Shown: piece by piece, positions 50,667 to 64,000 of the stretch | Layout: each line of letters opens with the position of its first letter | Numbering within the stretch: position 1 is the stretch's first letter | Origin: Catajapyx aquilonaris | Taxonomy: Eukaryota | NCBI GenBank assembly: GCA_000934665.2 | Contig: KZ538454.1 | Coordinates: forward strand, 62,001 to 126,000 | Direction of reading: 5' to 3' | Length of the DNA: 64,000 nucleotides | Position numbers and translations under genes: made by a program | The notes under the pieces: model-generated | The model's input: the letters and a program-made list of their open reading frames with translations, nothing else | Database searches by the model: none | Told to the model about the DNA's origin: nothing

Positions 50667-50893
50667 NNNNNNNNNNNNNNNNNNNNNNNNNNNNNNNNNN
50701 NNNNNNNNNNNNNNNNNNNNNNNNNNNNNNNNNNNNNNNNNNNNNNNNNNNNNNNNNNNNNNNNNNNNNNNNNNNNNNNNNNNNNNNNNNNNNNNNNNNN
50801 NNNNNNNNNNNNNNNNNNNNNNNNNNNNNNNNNNNNNNNNNNNNNNNNNNNNNNNNNNNNNNNNNNNNNNNNNNNNNNNNNNNNNNNNNNNNN
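50667..50893. other. Assembly gap (N run) between a poly-C run and a (GA)n run
   Basis: 227 consecutive N bases. Confidence 0.98.
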
Positions 50894-50947
<54 letters not shown>

Positions 50948-50953
50948 GAGAGA
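50894..50953. repeat. (GA)n microsatellite abutting the gap
   Basis: About 30 GA units with one interruption. Confidence 0.95.
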
Positions 50954-51575
50954 AGCAAGGCAGTCGGCAGGAGTGTCTATGCAGATATGCCCCTGGGTTT
51001 AAATAAATAATAAGGCGTATTAGACAGCTTGAAAGGCATGCGGGGCCCGAATGATCCGTCCGGGGGCCTTGCCGGCAGGAAAATTTGCATATTTTACGAT
51101 GCGCTGGTGAGGTGGCTGAGGCCCCTTGATCAAAGCTTTCCCAACAACCGAGTCGGATGGCATATAAATAGTTCGTTACTGCAAATGGCTCTCCCCAGTA
51201 CAGGCTGCCACGGCGTCGGAGGAGGAATGGGAGAGTGTAATTCAGCTTCGGTGGCATTATATTCCGAGAGAGAGAGAGAGAGGACGCTGGCATCACACAC
51301 ACAGCCAGCAAGAAGTGAACAGGGAGCCTCGTGTAGCTCTTAATTCATCTGGTCCAATGGGGCCGAAATGGGCGCCGCCACTGCCGCCAATAAAGTCCTC
51401 TGGCCTTATGTCTTGGCCCCGCATTCATTTCCTCTCCTTCCAAGAAGCCATTCATTCCCCCCTATAGCAGCATCCTTCTAAGCTCGAGTCATCATATGCA
51501 TCCTTCATTTCCATCACAACCGCCATCCAAAAGTGCCACTTGAACCGAAATTGCAAGAGGTCAGTACTCGATGTA

Positions 51576-51781
51576 CAGTTCTGGACATTAATTCCATCAT
51601 ACTGCTAGCGACATTTTCTGATGCGGGATAAGTCCAAATCGAACCCGTGCGAGTAAGAAATGGTAGCCCTTAGGTGACGTCAGTCAAGGCCTACCTCTTC
51701 TTACTCGCACGGCTTCGATTTGGACTTATGCCGCATCAGAAAATGTCGCTAGCAATATGACGCGATTAATGTCCAACACTA
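51576..51781. mobile_element. Tc1-type fold-back MITE (~205 bp)
   Basis: TA|CAGTTCTGGACATTAAT ... ATTAATGTCCAACACT. Arms of about 85 bp (gctagcgacattttctgatgcgg.ataagtccaaatcgaa.ccgtgcgagtaagaa and its reverse complement). The right TA is not intact. Confidence 0.85.
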
Positions 51782-54190
51782 GTGCAATGCCGGGTACAGA
51801 CGCGGAAAGGGGGTAGTTAAAAAAAATTGGGGAAACTATGATAGAACGATAAGGTGAAGCAAAAAGTGATCGAGCTGTGTGGTCCGTATGCAAATATGCT
51901 GGGGGAGATGTGCAGTAGGGACTAGGGAACCCCCAATAAGTTTGCCTGTAGGCAAATGGGGTATCGGATGTCCTCAGGTGCTTGTGGCCTCAAACGGTAT
52001 TGGGGAGGGTAGAATAAGAGAGGAGATGAGGGGGATGGATGCAGAATAAGGAAGGGGGTCGGTCAGGTGATTTGCATCATAGTTGCTGCTTCTGGGCCTT
52101 AAGAAAGGTATCGGTGGAAGGTTCCCATCGTTGCAGCTGCCCAAACTTTGCACGTCATTTTGCATACCTTTGCCTAACCCTTCGTTTTTTACCCGCCTTT
52201 ACCTGCACGCATCTGTTCCCAGGCTTTTCCTTTGACTTTCTACACGCAGTGCACCTTTCTACTTTGGAACAAGTACACAGCTATATTGGCCTACCAAGTT
52301 GGGGATTCATCTGCATCTACGCCTTTTCTTGTCGATGGAAGGATGGATGGTCGCCTCAAAGAGAAAAAGAAACCTTCTCATGTTGGATGAAGGGGGGAGA
52401 AGGAAGAGGAGGCCAGTGTTTATTCTGCGGCTTGGAAAAAGCGAGGATGGGCCATATGCGAGGACCAGCGAGGTTGCAACATTATGATGTTTGCTTGTGA
52501 ATATGCGAGAAAAGTGCGCAATATTTGCAGAATATTCCAACTAATGGAAGTGACATGGTCATACAGCCAGGTCCTAGAATTTTAATGAGAGCGGGAGAAA
52601 AAAAAGCTGATTATTTTTTCATTCGTATAATTGTGCAAAAAAAACATGATTTAATTCCAAGCATTTCTTTATAATGTTATCATCACTGAGAAAACCACTA
52701 TCAGAAAGTACGTGTCATAGGCTAAATTACATATCCTGTCATAATACATACTCATAAAAATGCCAACCTAAATACATAACGGATTAATTTGGGGCCGATG
52801 CATTATCACATATTGCTATGTATATGCACGGTGATAGATGACAGTGAGAAATTGCTGTGTTTGTTTAGGTTTGGTTCGGCAGCCAAAGCAAACCTCAGAA
52901 TAGTGCAAGTTGGGTCCCAATCAATGGACCCCAATAACAAAGGCCTGTGGGCTCCTAACAATACTGCAGCAGCAACTGTGCGGCAAGGAGGGTTGAAGGG
53001 GACTTTCGAATTGCTCCTGTATACAAACGTGTCAAAATCTGAACTGGAACATGGCATGTGATTCGTGAAATAAATATGTGGATTGTCTCGAAGGGAAAAT
53101 GGGGGGTTGGAGAGATGGAGCTAAGGAGGCATGGCTGGCTGGCTGGACCAAGGCCCTGGCATGGTCCAACCAACCAGCCAACCAGCCATCCATCCTTCTA
53201 TCCATCCATCTATCCCTGTAAAAAAGAAGTCATGTGTTTTGATGGGAGGGTGGGTGGACTACAAGGCGGGATCCAGTAACCTTGGCAACTCAGACCCCGC
53301 CTCCATCTAAAATGCTGCTGCTACCTGGACCTGGCCCAGGTATAACATGGCTCCACATATGCTTCACACACATGCAACTAGCAGTCACACCTTTCTTACC
53401 ATGTGGCACATGCGATCAATACCAAATATGCTGTCGGTGGTGACATACCGGTACATCCCTCATATCAAAAATCAACAAAAGATACATTGTCCATTAAAAA
53501 TCATAATTTCAATGAAAACGTTTCATAATGAAAGGTGCACCTCACATGTTATATTCCGGTCAATTACTGGGTTAATTTTTTGTTCTTTTCAGTGAGTGAC
53601 TGGGTTGAACGGAATATAAGTGACATTGACAGCGGTTTTGTTCCGGTGTATGTGTAGGGCAGTGACTCCATTCTCGGGTATTAATAGCGCGGGTTGAGAT
53701 GTGCTAGCCCCTGGCCAGCATATTGCACGCAACACAAGAGAACCGCAGAGGTTGACCAACCCGTTAGGATGAAAAGAGTCGCCTCCAAGGGTCATTTCAT
53801 CCTATTCTCATCATTTAACGCAGCTTCGGGCAAAGCTTTGAATTGCTGATATTTTGTCCTTTCTATTAAATTTAAGTTACTTCTATATAAGGTTGAATCG
53901 GTTAATACCCATTTCGTGCCCATATTACGCCCAGCTTTGATAGGTAGCAACAGTAATTTTGTGACATATATCAACGTAAGGGACGAAGAAGGAAGGGGAA
54001 AGGGGTGGTCTTTTGACCGCAGCACAACAGCTGGTTGGTACAAAGGGAAGAAGAGAAAGGAGGGAGGGGACCTTTTCTGGGCTCACTAAGGACAATTGCT
54101 TTTGAATCCCACCCGATATTGTATGACAGTCCCAAGGGTCGCATTGAAAAATTGCTGTTTGTTTATCTAGGCAACCTCCACGTCCCTTGC

Positions 54191-54262
<72 letters not shown>
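54191..54262. repeat. (AAT)24 microsatellite
   Basis: 72 bp of perfect AAT repeat. Confidence 0.98.
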
Positions 54263-54263
<1 letters not shown>

Positions 54264-54457
54264 CTTAAAATGAGCAGGTCAAAAGGTGATGGCCAACATT
54301 TCAGTTGGAACACCTTGTAGGCCTTCATGGCATAATATTTCGCATTTGCAATGACTCATAACACGCTCAATCAAATAGTGGGTATGGTTGGCATACATCA
54401 TGTGTACTGTACGTGTACAGAAGCAGGTGTAAGTTAAATTTGAATGTTATGCATACG

Positions 54458-54528
54458 TACTAACACTGTATTTTATATTTCTAGGTGAGTACACCAGATT
54501 TTGTAACCCATCTGTGATGGCAGTAAGT
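54458..54528 (+). other. Candidate recursive splice site (ratchet point) with a 38-nt cryptic RS-exon in the long cut/CUX1 intron
   Basis: TACTAAC at 54458-54464, then an AG-free tract actgtattttatatttct, AG at 54483-84 directly followed by GTGAGT (54485-90), and a second donor GTAAGT at 54523-28. Same strand as the gene. Confidence 0.7.
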
Positions 54529-55519
54529 ACACATTTTTTACTTGTTATTTTGCATGGCATCGACTGTCACTTACACAATGTGGGCGGCAATTTCAAATGA
54601 TGTAAAATCGAAAATTCATTTTTATAATTGCATAATTGGATTTTTAAAACAATATTTGCCAAATATTTCGACTAGCCCTGATGGACCCACAGTAAGGAGT
54701 CCAAAAGTGCTATCCTGTAGACCTCAACTGGCAGATGAGAATGCGTGTAGTGCGGATTAGTTGAGTTATTTGTAGGGAGACTCCAGAAGTGACAAAAAGT
54801 GGGGAAGGCGGGGAGGATTAAAAAGCGGCAAGGTTGACGTGAGCAAGGGGTGGAAGGAGGGGAAAGGGGGGGAGATGACAATTGTTGACATTCGGCTGGG
54901 TAAGCGTTCATTGCACCTGTTATTCAAGGCTAGGGCTCTTTGTCCTCCAGCCAAGGGATTTCTTGAGCGATGATGTTTCTGAAACGGAGCGAAAAGGGCC
55001 AATGTTTTACTATATCTTTTTTTTTGTATATGTGTGTACTGGGTAGCTGGCCTTCTGCATTGGAAGCCACCCCTTGTACCCTCTGGCTTTGTGATGCAGA
55101 TGGCCCCTCTGTTGAGGGAAGGTTTGGCGGATATTGTCTCAAGATTTCCGTTGGTTACACGGCAGGCTTTTTGACGGCAACACTATATCCCGGTACCGGT
55201 TTTGCGTCGTGCGCATTTTTGCATATCGCCCTCTCCGGCCCACGGTGATGGAAAGTTGCGCCCGATCTGTCTCCATCCCACACGATGGATGTTCCTCCCC
55301 AAATGCCTCCCTTGCATGGTAAATAATCATTTCCCGAGCTGTGCTCCGGTCCTGACAATAGATTGCCTTTGCGGATATATCGTGGACCGATTCACTATTG
55401 CGTAGATACTACTATGCCACGCCTGGGATTTTTCTGAAATATTTCCCACGCTGCCACCAGGATGTAACCCTTATTAGTTATTACCAAGCTGAGTTGTTGT
55501 AGATTTTTTTTTAAATATA

Positions 55520-55705
55520 TAGGGTGTTCCATATTCGTGGGTCGTTTTTAAAAAATCTAACTGATATCGTCCGATAGCAGCTTGCTGTGCCCCTAACCAG
55601 TTGCTATAAATGGGGCTCCTAGTTAGGGACATAATAGGCTACAAATAATAAAACTATCGGGAGATATTAGTGACAAAAAACGACCCACGAATTTGAAACA
55701 CCCTG
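55520..55705. mobile_element. Short Tc1/mariner-type MITE (186 bp)
   Basis: TA|tAGGGTGTTCCATATTCGTGGGTCGTTTTT ... AAAAACGACCCACGAATTTGAAACACCCTG|TA. About 30-bp TIR with few mismatches and TA flanks; shares the CAGGGTGT terminus with 1359-1919. Confidence 0.85.
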
Positions 55706-58700
55706 TATTATAAATTCAAAAAGGTTTATAAATTTTCATAATATTCGACGACTCAGAACTTATGTATAATATAATTCTAAAAATAGTTTTTAAAAAAATG
55801 TGGGACTCAAAATGTGAAAATAACGAGCAAATTAGTTTCCAAATTTGAGACTAGAAAATATGCTCATTTCCCCGCATTACTGCCATTTAATTCTTTCCTG
55901 AAAAAAATCCTGGGTTTATGTAACCAACCACTAAGAACAGGCCACACATGCAAAAAATACTCTCTGATTGGCTGCAAATGTGGTCAACCCGAAGCGCCCC
56001 GAGTTCATACGTCTGAATTTGCGGGCCTCTGATGATAATATACCCAGGTAATTATCACAATGGAGTAACCGTGTCTCAAATAATTTCTTGGTAATAGTGG
56101 GGTGTACAGCCTGGGTCCGGAAAGTATTAAAATTTACCGAGCATAATGCGTGTATCAGGATGTTGCGTAATAAGGAGAAGTGACACGGAAGCCCCATTTT
56201 AGCATAATTTTCCCTCGGATAGAAAAAGAGCCCGGTTACAAAATAGTCCCCCCCTCCCATAAATAGGAATAATGTAGTAAAAAGTCGGTAAAATGTAATA
56301 ACGGGGCTATAATTGGTGTTGTTACGCGAGTTAAAGCGTTAACGCGCTTGGTCCAGCATCTGGCGGCATCTGGTGAAGGGCTCAAAGAAGCAAAAATGTT
56401 AGTGCGAAAAGAGGCAGTCAATATGGCCAGGTCCCCAGTTTCCTTTCCATGTTCCTCTTCCGTCGAATAGCGAGAGAGAGAAGCTGCAAATGCGCTATTT
56501 CTCCCCCACCTCCCCCCTCTTCATTCCCTCTCCCCACTGCTCCATCCCCCTCCTCTTGGCGCAGGACATAGCCGACCGGAGGAAATTATCTTTGTCCCGG
56601 AGAGAAGAAAAAGGCATGATTTACACAGGCTGCCTTAATTTCCACAATTAACGTAATGGAAATCATATAATTTGAACTTGTGTTTATGGGGCCCAAAGCC
56701 CCATCCAATTACACGTTCAAAGCGCCGTTAAGTTTCGTTTTTGCTCGTTCGGACGTGGCCATTATAGGGCCTGTAAATAAAGGGACAACAAATTGAATTA
56801 ATTCTGTTTTATTTACCGTATTATTACATTGGGTGAGTACCGCCGTCCCTGCTATTGCTTGTCACAATGGTCGCTTATACAGAGCAGAGCCTGGCGAGCT
56901 CATTGCCGGAGTGCGACGGAATACCAGGGCAATACCATTCCGCTAATCGTCGCATGCAGGGGATATTCTTCTCGCCGGAGTCAAGATGGCATTTGCGCTG
57001 CCGCCGACGATGGGAAGGGGGGTGGGGGGGGGGTTGTGTTCAGCTGAGGGGGGGAGAACCTAATGGACTCTATATGCGAACGCTTTCCGACAATTAGCTC
57101 CTTCCTTTTATACGGCACCAGCATAGGCCAGTTCAGAACCCGGCTCTGAGGGGGTAGGGGGATAGCCCCCCAAAAAGAGAGAAAGAGAGAGCCATGTGTC
57201 CACTATGCATTGGCCTTTACGGCTTGTCGCGTCCCTTGTTTCACACTGGCGCGTCGTAAAAATGTACAAGTCACTACTCAAATTGGGGGAGTGGACATGG
57301 AGGATTTATGTACCTATGATCTGATGTCTGAGATGTGTGGATTTTTGGCAGTTAAATAGCACCAAAGGTTAACCATATTGGCCATAATTATACAGTACAC
57401 AGCAGGTGTAAATGATTTTTTTGACAGTTATTTTACAATTTAAAATTGCAGCGAAATGTTGACGTAATGACTGGGAAGTTTTCAGTTCGCTTGGTAGCAC
57501 TGCCAGGCAGGTACTTATAAATTATGAACGTTAAGTACAGTATTCTCACACGGCTTTTACCGCACACAACTTGGACTTTTCAAATCTTGAAGACTTTTGC
57601 TAATGAAGTGTACAGAGTGTGGAGGAGGAACTAATGTGTTAAAATTTTGTACGTAAATTTGTTAAGCAATGATGTGTCGAATTATTACTTGTTGTAGCTC
57701 CATTCTGTGACTGTCGCTGCTTTTTTTTGGGAAAATAATTTATTTTATTACATAAATAAGGGTTAAGCTAGCAGGTTACCACAGCATGTTCAAATTCTGA
57801 AGAGGTGTCAAAAAATCCGGATATTCCGGTTCAAAAAGAACTTCTATATGATATTCTTCACACTCAGAAGTCAAGTGTTATGAAGATTTAAGTGGATGAT
57901 CCGCAGATAATCCTAGCTTTTACGCTGCCAACAACTGCAACGGCTATTTTTTTGTGTGAGCACAAGGCCATAACAATTTTTATGTTGTTTTCTTGTTACT
58001 TTTAAATTTTTTAATTAGACGCGCATTTTTGGGAATAAATATTGGCATGTAGATAGCAGATTTCATAACTTACTGTAGGCCTACACTTTGAGTCTATGAA
58101 TATAGAGAGCAGGAATTTCGTTCCACAATTTGAGACCACTCATCTGAAAATTAGCAAGAAACATTTTTTTTCATTTCCACTTTCTCTAATTGCATTTATT
58201 ATATTGCCTTCAATGGCGTGCCTTATCAGTTATGGAAATATAATTCACTTTTGCCCTGTACCTTACACAGAAGCATGAACACCCGAGGTCAGTAGATGGT
58301 TGCATCTCATGCCCGACGACCTGTACATAACATGTGCAAAACCATACAGACTGAAAGACGCATGATGTGAAGTAATTTTTTTACCCCAACAATATTTATT
58401 TGGCCGGAAAAGTTCATGTAACCTCTCCTCACAATCTAGTTGCATGCCTCAATTTATTCACTGGCTGTTGTCTTCTGCTTGAATATGAAATATTTTGCAT
58501 TATTGCTGTGCAGTATATACTCCAGCTTTCTTCTGCTAGAGATGAGCAGCATATTGTCACAAAATTATTTCAAGATAATCGCCATATGTTAAAATATATC
58601 CGCCAAAAAATAAAAAATTAGTCACCAATGATAATGTTCAATTAAAACATTCTGGTTCCGCATCGGAGGTGCACGTTAACAAAATCAACTCTTGATCATG

Positions 58701-61700
58701 GCCTGAACGAATTACTGCACAGGTAAACAGTGGTCCACATCATCATGTAATAATAAAGGAGCCCCCCATATTTCCTTATATTCCACATTAAGCTATGAAA
58801 GCAAACCAGCCTTATTTACAAAGATACTAAAATAATTTCCATACACATACAGCGTATCTATTCTGCCAGATTACTTCAACCGAGCATGATGTTATTTGAG
58901 AGCCTTGTCGGTGTGAATACATCAGTAGAAAAACAAGCTGCGGGTTTTTGAAGCAGCAGGTGCACATTACCTCTCTCACGGCATGCTAGCTACAAATGAA
59001 CCACGAAATCGTGGAGAAAAATGGCGAGTGGACTTTTTAAAACAACCCCAGCTGATGGGATAGATTTTACTTGCAAATTGCCTTGGCAATGCACCCGCAA
59101 TAAATGAAATCATTCCTCTAATGTAAATATTAGTGTACTACATTGGACATCCGTTCGCATTCGCAGCCGGGCCCAGGATATATTCCTTTTGCCTGAATAT
59201 TTTTCGCTGGAAGCTACTGTGTATATATACGGTGGATGGTCGCTAATTATTTGAGCGGATGACACGGACACTGTTTTTTTCTGGCTTTTTTAAACGGGCT
59301 CTCTAAAAGATAGAGTTTGCAGACTGAATCAATAATTGGTGATTTGACACGCTATCTTTGGCCGGCAGGCAATTGGTCCGACTATGTGCTCTGCTTGGCC
59401 CCTAATCAAGGGACAATTCATCTCGATTTGCAGCAAATGCTGGTTTGACCAATCATTGGGCGCCGCAGGTGGTGTGTTACAGCAAAAACTCTCTCATCCT
59501 ATACCCCCACACTCACACACATACATTTGGAGGGGCGTATATAACTCCCAGCACGTACTCTACCCCCCACCTACTTAATTGATGCCTGGCTCATACATAT
59601 GTTCATGTTTGTATGAGCTGCGATTCCCAATGAATTCCTGATTGGTAGGCGCGAAATAAGTGCCTGTCGTCAACAGCGCACATCCAATTTCAAAATCGAT
59701 AAGTAAGCAAATAAACACACATAACTGCAAGCGGCATGCAACGGGCCCATATGTATGTAGTTAAGATTACATTATGCAACTACACTCCAACTATTTTTGT
59801 ATACAATCATGAGTTAGTGTGATTAAAGGCTGTTTTTTTTCTGAAACCGAGTGTTTTATGAATTGCGTTAGAATTTTTCGTAAGCGAGTGCACGTACCTT
59901 TATCGCATGCAGGGGTGTAGCTATAAATAAATAAAACGTAAATACATTTTCGTCACATTGTTGCACAAGTTCATAGCCGGTTGTATATTTCGGAAACTTT
60001 TTTCCGTGTAACCTCAATATTGTCACCGATGCGACAGAAAGAACCTTTTCATATCAGTGTGAAGTTGTCAGGAATTACTTATGTCCGGTGCACGCAAGAT
60101 GTAATACCCTGAGCCTCCTGCTTCTGTGAAACTGGGATGTAAAATCAAAGGCTTTGTTTCAATTTCCTGATACCCTGAGTTGTGTTCAAACTCTTGGTAT
60201 ACTTTTTTTTTAAATCACAAATATAGGCTGAATGCATATCTTTGGAAGGAAAATTACTTACAAGTGAAAGTCACGGTCATGATTTGTCACAATGGAAGTT
60301 TAATATTCTTTTCAGTTTTCAAGGAAAAGATTTTCTCTGGATATCTTTTTATGTATAAAAGTAGGAGATTTTGATCCACACTTTGTTATAAACGCAATGG
60401 AAATGCTTTTAGCCAGCTGTACGAAGCCTTCATAAAATTCAGAAGTTAAGTTACTTATGCATGTGTATTCAACTCCGGATTTGTGGTCTGTAAAATCCTC
60501 TGACATAAGGGCTTCATCCTCTGCCAGCATGATGTGCATACAGTATGTACCGTACTGTATAGTCCAGCCTCTTGTATTTCCCCCGTGTAAGGAAGCTTAC
60601 GTTATATATTTTTGCCAAACAGCGTTGCACCAAGGCTGAATGTCTTGTATAATCATGATAATGCGATGCGGACAGTGTGTCCTGTATGACTACTTATTTT
60701 TTCCCTGAAAAATGCAGAACTGTAGGTTTCCAAGCGCGAATAATAATCTTGAACAATATTATTATGCGCATAGTTGGTTAAAATTAGTAGTTTAGAATTA
60801 CTAATAAGTAGCTTACACGTCGCAATGAGCACGTTATTTTTACCCTATCATGTAAGAGGAGAACTGGTTGCTTTTTTATATACATTATTTAGGAAATGAG
60901 GTTTCATCAAATTATTCGCCAGAACGCAAAATAATCACACATTTGGAAAAATTACATCCAGCCATAATCAAACAGATGCTCCAAATTGTTTTAATTAGGT
61001 AGCCTACCATAATTGTGGGGAGTATACAAATTTATGGAAAACTCTAGGGACTTTGTGCAACCCGCGAATTATTCATGCCTATAGGTAGTTATATTTTTAT
61101 CAAATTTGCTTTTTCCCGATGATAATAATATCAAAAGTAGGCAGCTTTTGATCACATTACCCCTGCAACTAGGCTTTCAGGTGTACCGAAGAGCCATACC
61201 GGTCCCGGCCCGTTCCAAGACCATTTGAAATTCAGTAATCCCCCGTTCATAACCTGCCTTTATGATACGATAAAATATTTAGAGGACAGGTTATGCTAGC
61301 GGGGAGCTCGCCGCCATAGATGTTTAATTGTTCCAGTGTGTCAAGACGTGATTTTCAGTCAAAAAGTTTGGAGAGCAACGAACAACCCCATGTTTACACA
61401 TGTACCTAGCTAGGTATGGTAGGGATTCTAGCAGCGTCACTTTGCATCTAGCTGAAGTAGGAGGAGGAAACGACATTCTCCTGGTTGTTGCTGCAGATGA
61501 TTATTGTTAGCCCCCCCGTAGCTAGGGGGTTTAGAAGTGGGCATTTCGCACTAATGGGGGAGCAAACTGGATGGAAAAGTGTGTGCGTGCAGGTCGTCAA
61601 ATAGGCAGCAGAAAAGAGTGCGGGCCTCGTCTGTCCCACTGCGGTTTGCCTGCGGGTGTTGCTGCCCTGGGGTCAGAAAAAATGCCCACCTCCGAATGAC

Positions 61701-63014
61701 ATGGGCTGGCGGGCATGCACACAACTACAGACTGGGCATAACTCGTCGGACCCCCTGCAAAACCACTCCTATTTAGGCCTTTCTAGTTTTTTTTCCCCCA
61801 CTTCTTAGTACTGACTTCCACCTGAGTATGCCACCTGCCTCCAAATTAGCCCAGGATTTCCGCATGATACATGCCCCTTACACGCAACATAACATGCTCG
61901 AGGCCCTTGCGTCATATCGGATTAGACGCGTGGCAAACCCCTTCTGAAGAAAGTTGAACCATATCTGAAATTTTCCAAGTTCACGCGGTTGTGTGGTTGT
62001 TGCAAAAAAACAAAACAAAAAAAATGTGGACCTCAAATCAGATTAAAAGTTTGCATAAGAAGTATGTGCATAGAGCTGACCTATAGTCAAGATGACCTGT
62101 ACTGATACGCTGTGTTTGTTCAAATAACGTGTACAGGAGCGTGTTAACTGAGCGTGACAGACTGTGACATGGAGGGTGGTGTTCAAAAATGTAATCGAAA
62201 CTATTAAAATTTTGACATGGACGAAATTTGCCAATTTAAACAAATATTTTGTCATAAATTGACATGGGTGTCATTTGTCGTAACTATTACCTAGAAGTCC
62301 TTTATTTTGATGGAGCATCTGCTATATGTTTACCTCGCAAGAAAGTGGGGGTCGATGCAAACACTGCATTTCTCCTCCAAAATTGCAGATGAAATAACTG
62401 CGACGATGATTGTACGTCTCCATTCTGGCAAATTTACCGTGCTGCCGTTGAAATAACAGTCTTGGAAAACTGCTAATCATTAAAGCCCGTAATCCCGACC
62501 CAGCTTGAGCCTTGGATGTGTTATATCTCCCCACTCCTTAGTGCACTTAATCTCCGGTTGACATTTAAAGTTAAAATAGATTAAATGGTGCTGAGAATGG
62601 AACAGATAACACCGTCGCTTTTTTTTCCTTCAACATTGGTTCATATACAAATACTGTAGGGGGTTGCATGGCTGACTTTCTGACGTCATATGTTCCATGC
62701 CGGCACACTGTATAGTCCCTCGAATTGTGGAAAGAGCAGACATGCGGCTATACCATACTGGGGGTAATGGCAACTACAAGAATTTTTATTCCATCTACCC
62801 GTCCGAATGGGCAGGGACAAGGGAGCGTTTTTTTTTTGTGAAACAAAAAAAAGAGGGTAGGATGCAAGAGGGAAAAGTACTGAAAGTGATAATTAATTCG
62901 GTTCTAAGCGCACGGCCAACCCCGATTTGGCCTTTTGATGAATGGGAAAAGAGAGGGTAGGAGTTAGTAGGCCTATCGTTGTGTGTCTGTATACCTACCG
63001 TATATATGTCATCA

Positions 63015-63069
63015 CATCCAGCCAGCCAACCAACTCAACCAACCAAACACCCATCCGTCCATCCATCCA
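63015..63069. repeat. Compound CCAG/CCAA/CCAT tetranucleotide repeat (a similar one lies at about 53166-53215)
   Basis: catccagccagccaaccaactcaaccaaccaaacacccatccgtccatccatcca. Confidence 0.7.
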
Positions 63070-64000
63070 GAGAGGGAGAGATGGAATAAAAATTAGAGAG
63101 TAAAAAAATATACTGAGCGAAATGCATAGGCAACACTGGCGGCACATTATTTTCATGTTCGCAGCACTTTGATTCTGAATGCAAAAGTCTGCAAGTTATT
63201 TTTAAAACCCTATGTATTCAACGTGTAGGAATAATGGCCACATAATGGCCCCGCCATTGTTAATAATCAGCTTTTTTCCTAGTCGCTTCCCTTGAAAGAC
63301 AAATGGAAAAAAAAAAAAATCATTTCATGTTATTCGTCCATCCCTGACTGTTTACGTTTGGATTTGGAAGCTCATGCACGAATAATAATTATTACCGAGG
63401 CCCCAGCATGAAAAGTTAAAAGTGCCGTGTGTTGCTAATAGGTTACTGTAGCATATTAGCCTGAAGGTATTTGAATGTATTAGTACAAGTGCATATATAT
63501 GGACTTGTGAAGCGTACACAGCAGGATGGAATCATGAAAAGACCCCCAACAACAGGGTTATTATGTGGTTCCGGATCTGTTTTGCATGGCACGGATGGAG
63601 CGAGGGAGAGAGGGAAAGGGGGGGAAAGAGGGGGGGAGGGAAGAGCTAGAGAGAGAGGCCTCCGTATAATCCCGGTGGCGTTTCTCTAGTGCCCTGCCCT
63701 GACTGGCCTGCCCCGCCCCGACACGCCCCGGGGCCAACAAACCATACACTGGCAGGTGGACAGTGTATACACACACACATTCAATGAGTGTCGTCGATGA
63801 ATGAGGCGCTAATGCTGGAGGCGCACTTTGCTATTTGCATTTGTGAGGGGGGGGGGGGGTGATTTGCNGGGGGGGGGGGGGTGAATTGCGCTGACACAAG
63901 TTGTTTGCTCCAACCGGATTTACCTAGGTTCGTCTTAAGGCGGACATTAGCTAATCACTGAAATCAGCATGCTTTTTTTCTGTGGTCCAACCCGGTGTCG

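Noticed and set aside
48975..51311. ORFs of 211-231 aa
   Set aside because: They reflect GC-rich non-coding sequence or read through the N gap and the (GA)n repeat.
53572..53597. tttttgttcttttcAGTGAGT as a second recursive splice site
   Set aside because: The AG and GT share one G, so splicing at the AG would not regenerate a GT donor.

Overview
Eukaryotic (metazoan, probably invertebrate: spliceosomal GT-AG introns, no obvious CpG depletion) genomic DNA that is more than 99% non-coding. Nearly all ORFs in the supplied track look spurious. Four small, phase-compatible + strand exons (11672-11739, 17242-17374, 17710-17779, 21831-21897) splice into ELTINQLRERLQQYEDEIEEALQ-TRSREVQSELLSRFAEKERDLHQEQVAVSHQLAEAEKKIVALQS-ALDQCQSELFELKSKCEEESPQA-KSDESEPVTSSDQQEQQQESSSK. 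I recognise this from memory as the N-terminal coiled coil shared by cut/CUX1 and its Golgi isoform CASP. The gene starts upstream of the window and continues downstream; after 21897 I found no further coding exon, which implies an intron longer than 42 kb. The most striking signal lies in that intron: a textbook recursive-splicing (ratchet) site at 54458-54528, made of a TACTAAC branch point, a pyrimidine tract and AG|GTGAGT, followed by a 38-nt stop-containing cryptic exon ending at GTAAGT. The introns also hold several TA-flanked Tc1/mariner-type MITEs, other fold-back elements, mini- and microsatellites, a head-to-head pair of Su(H)/CSL sites and possible decayed transposon coding relics. 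All homology calls are by eye and were not database-searched.
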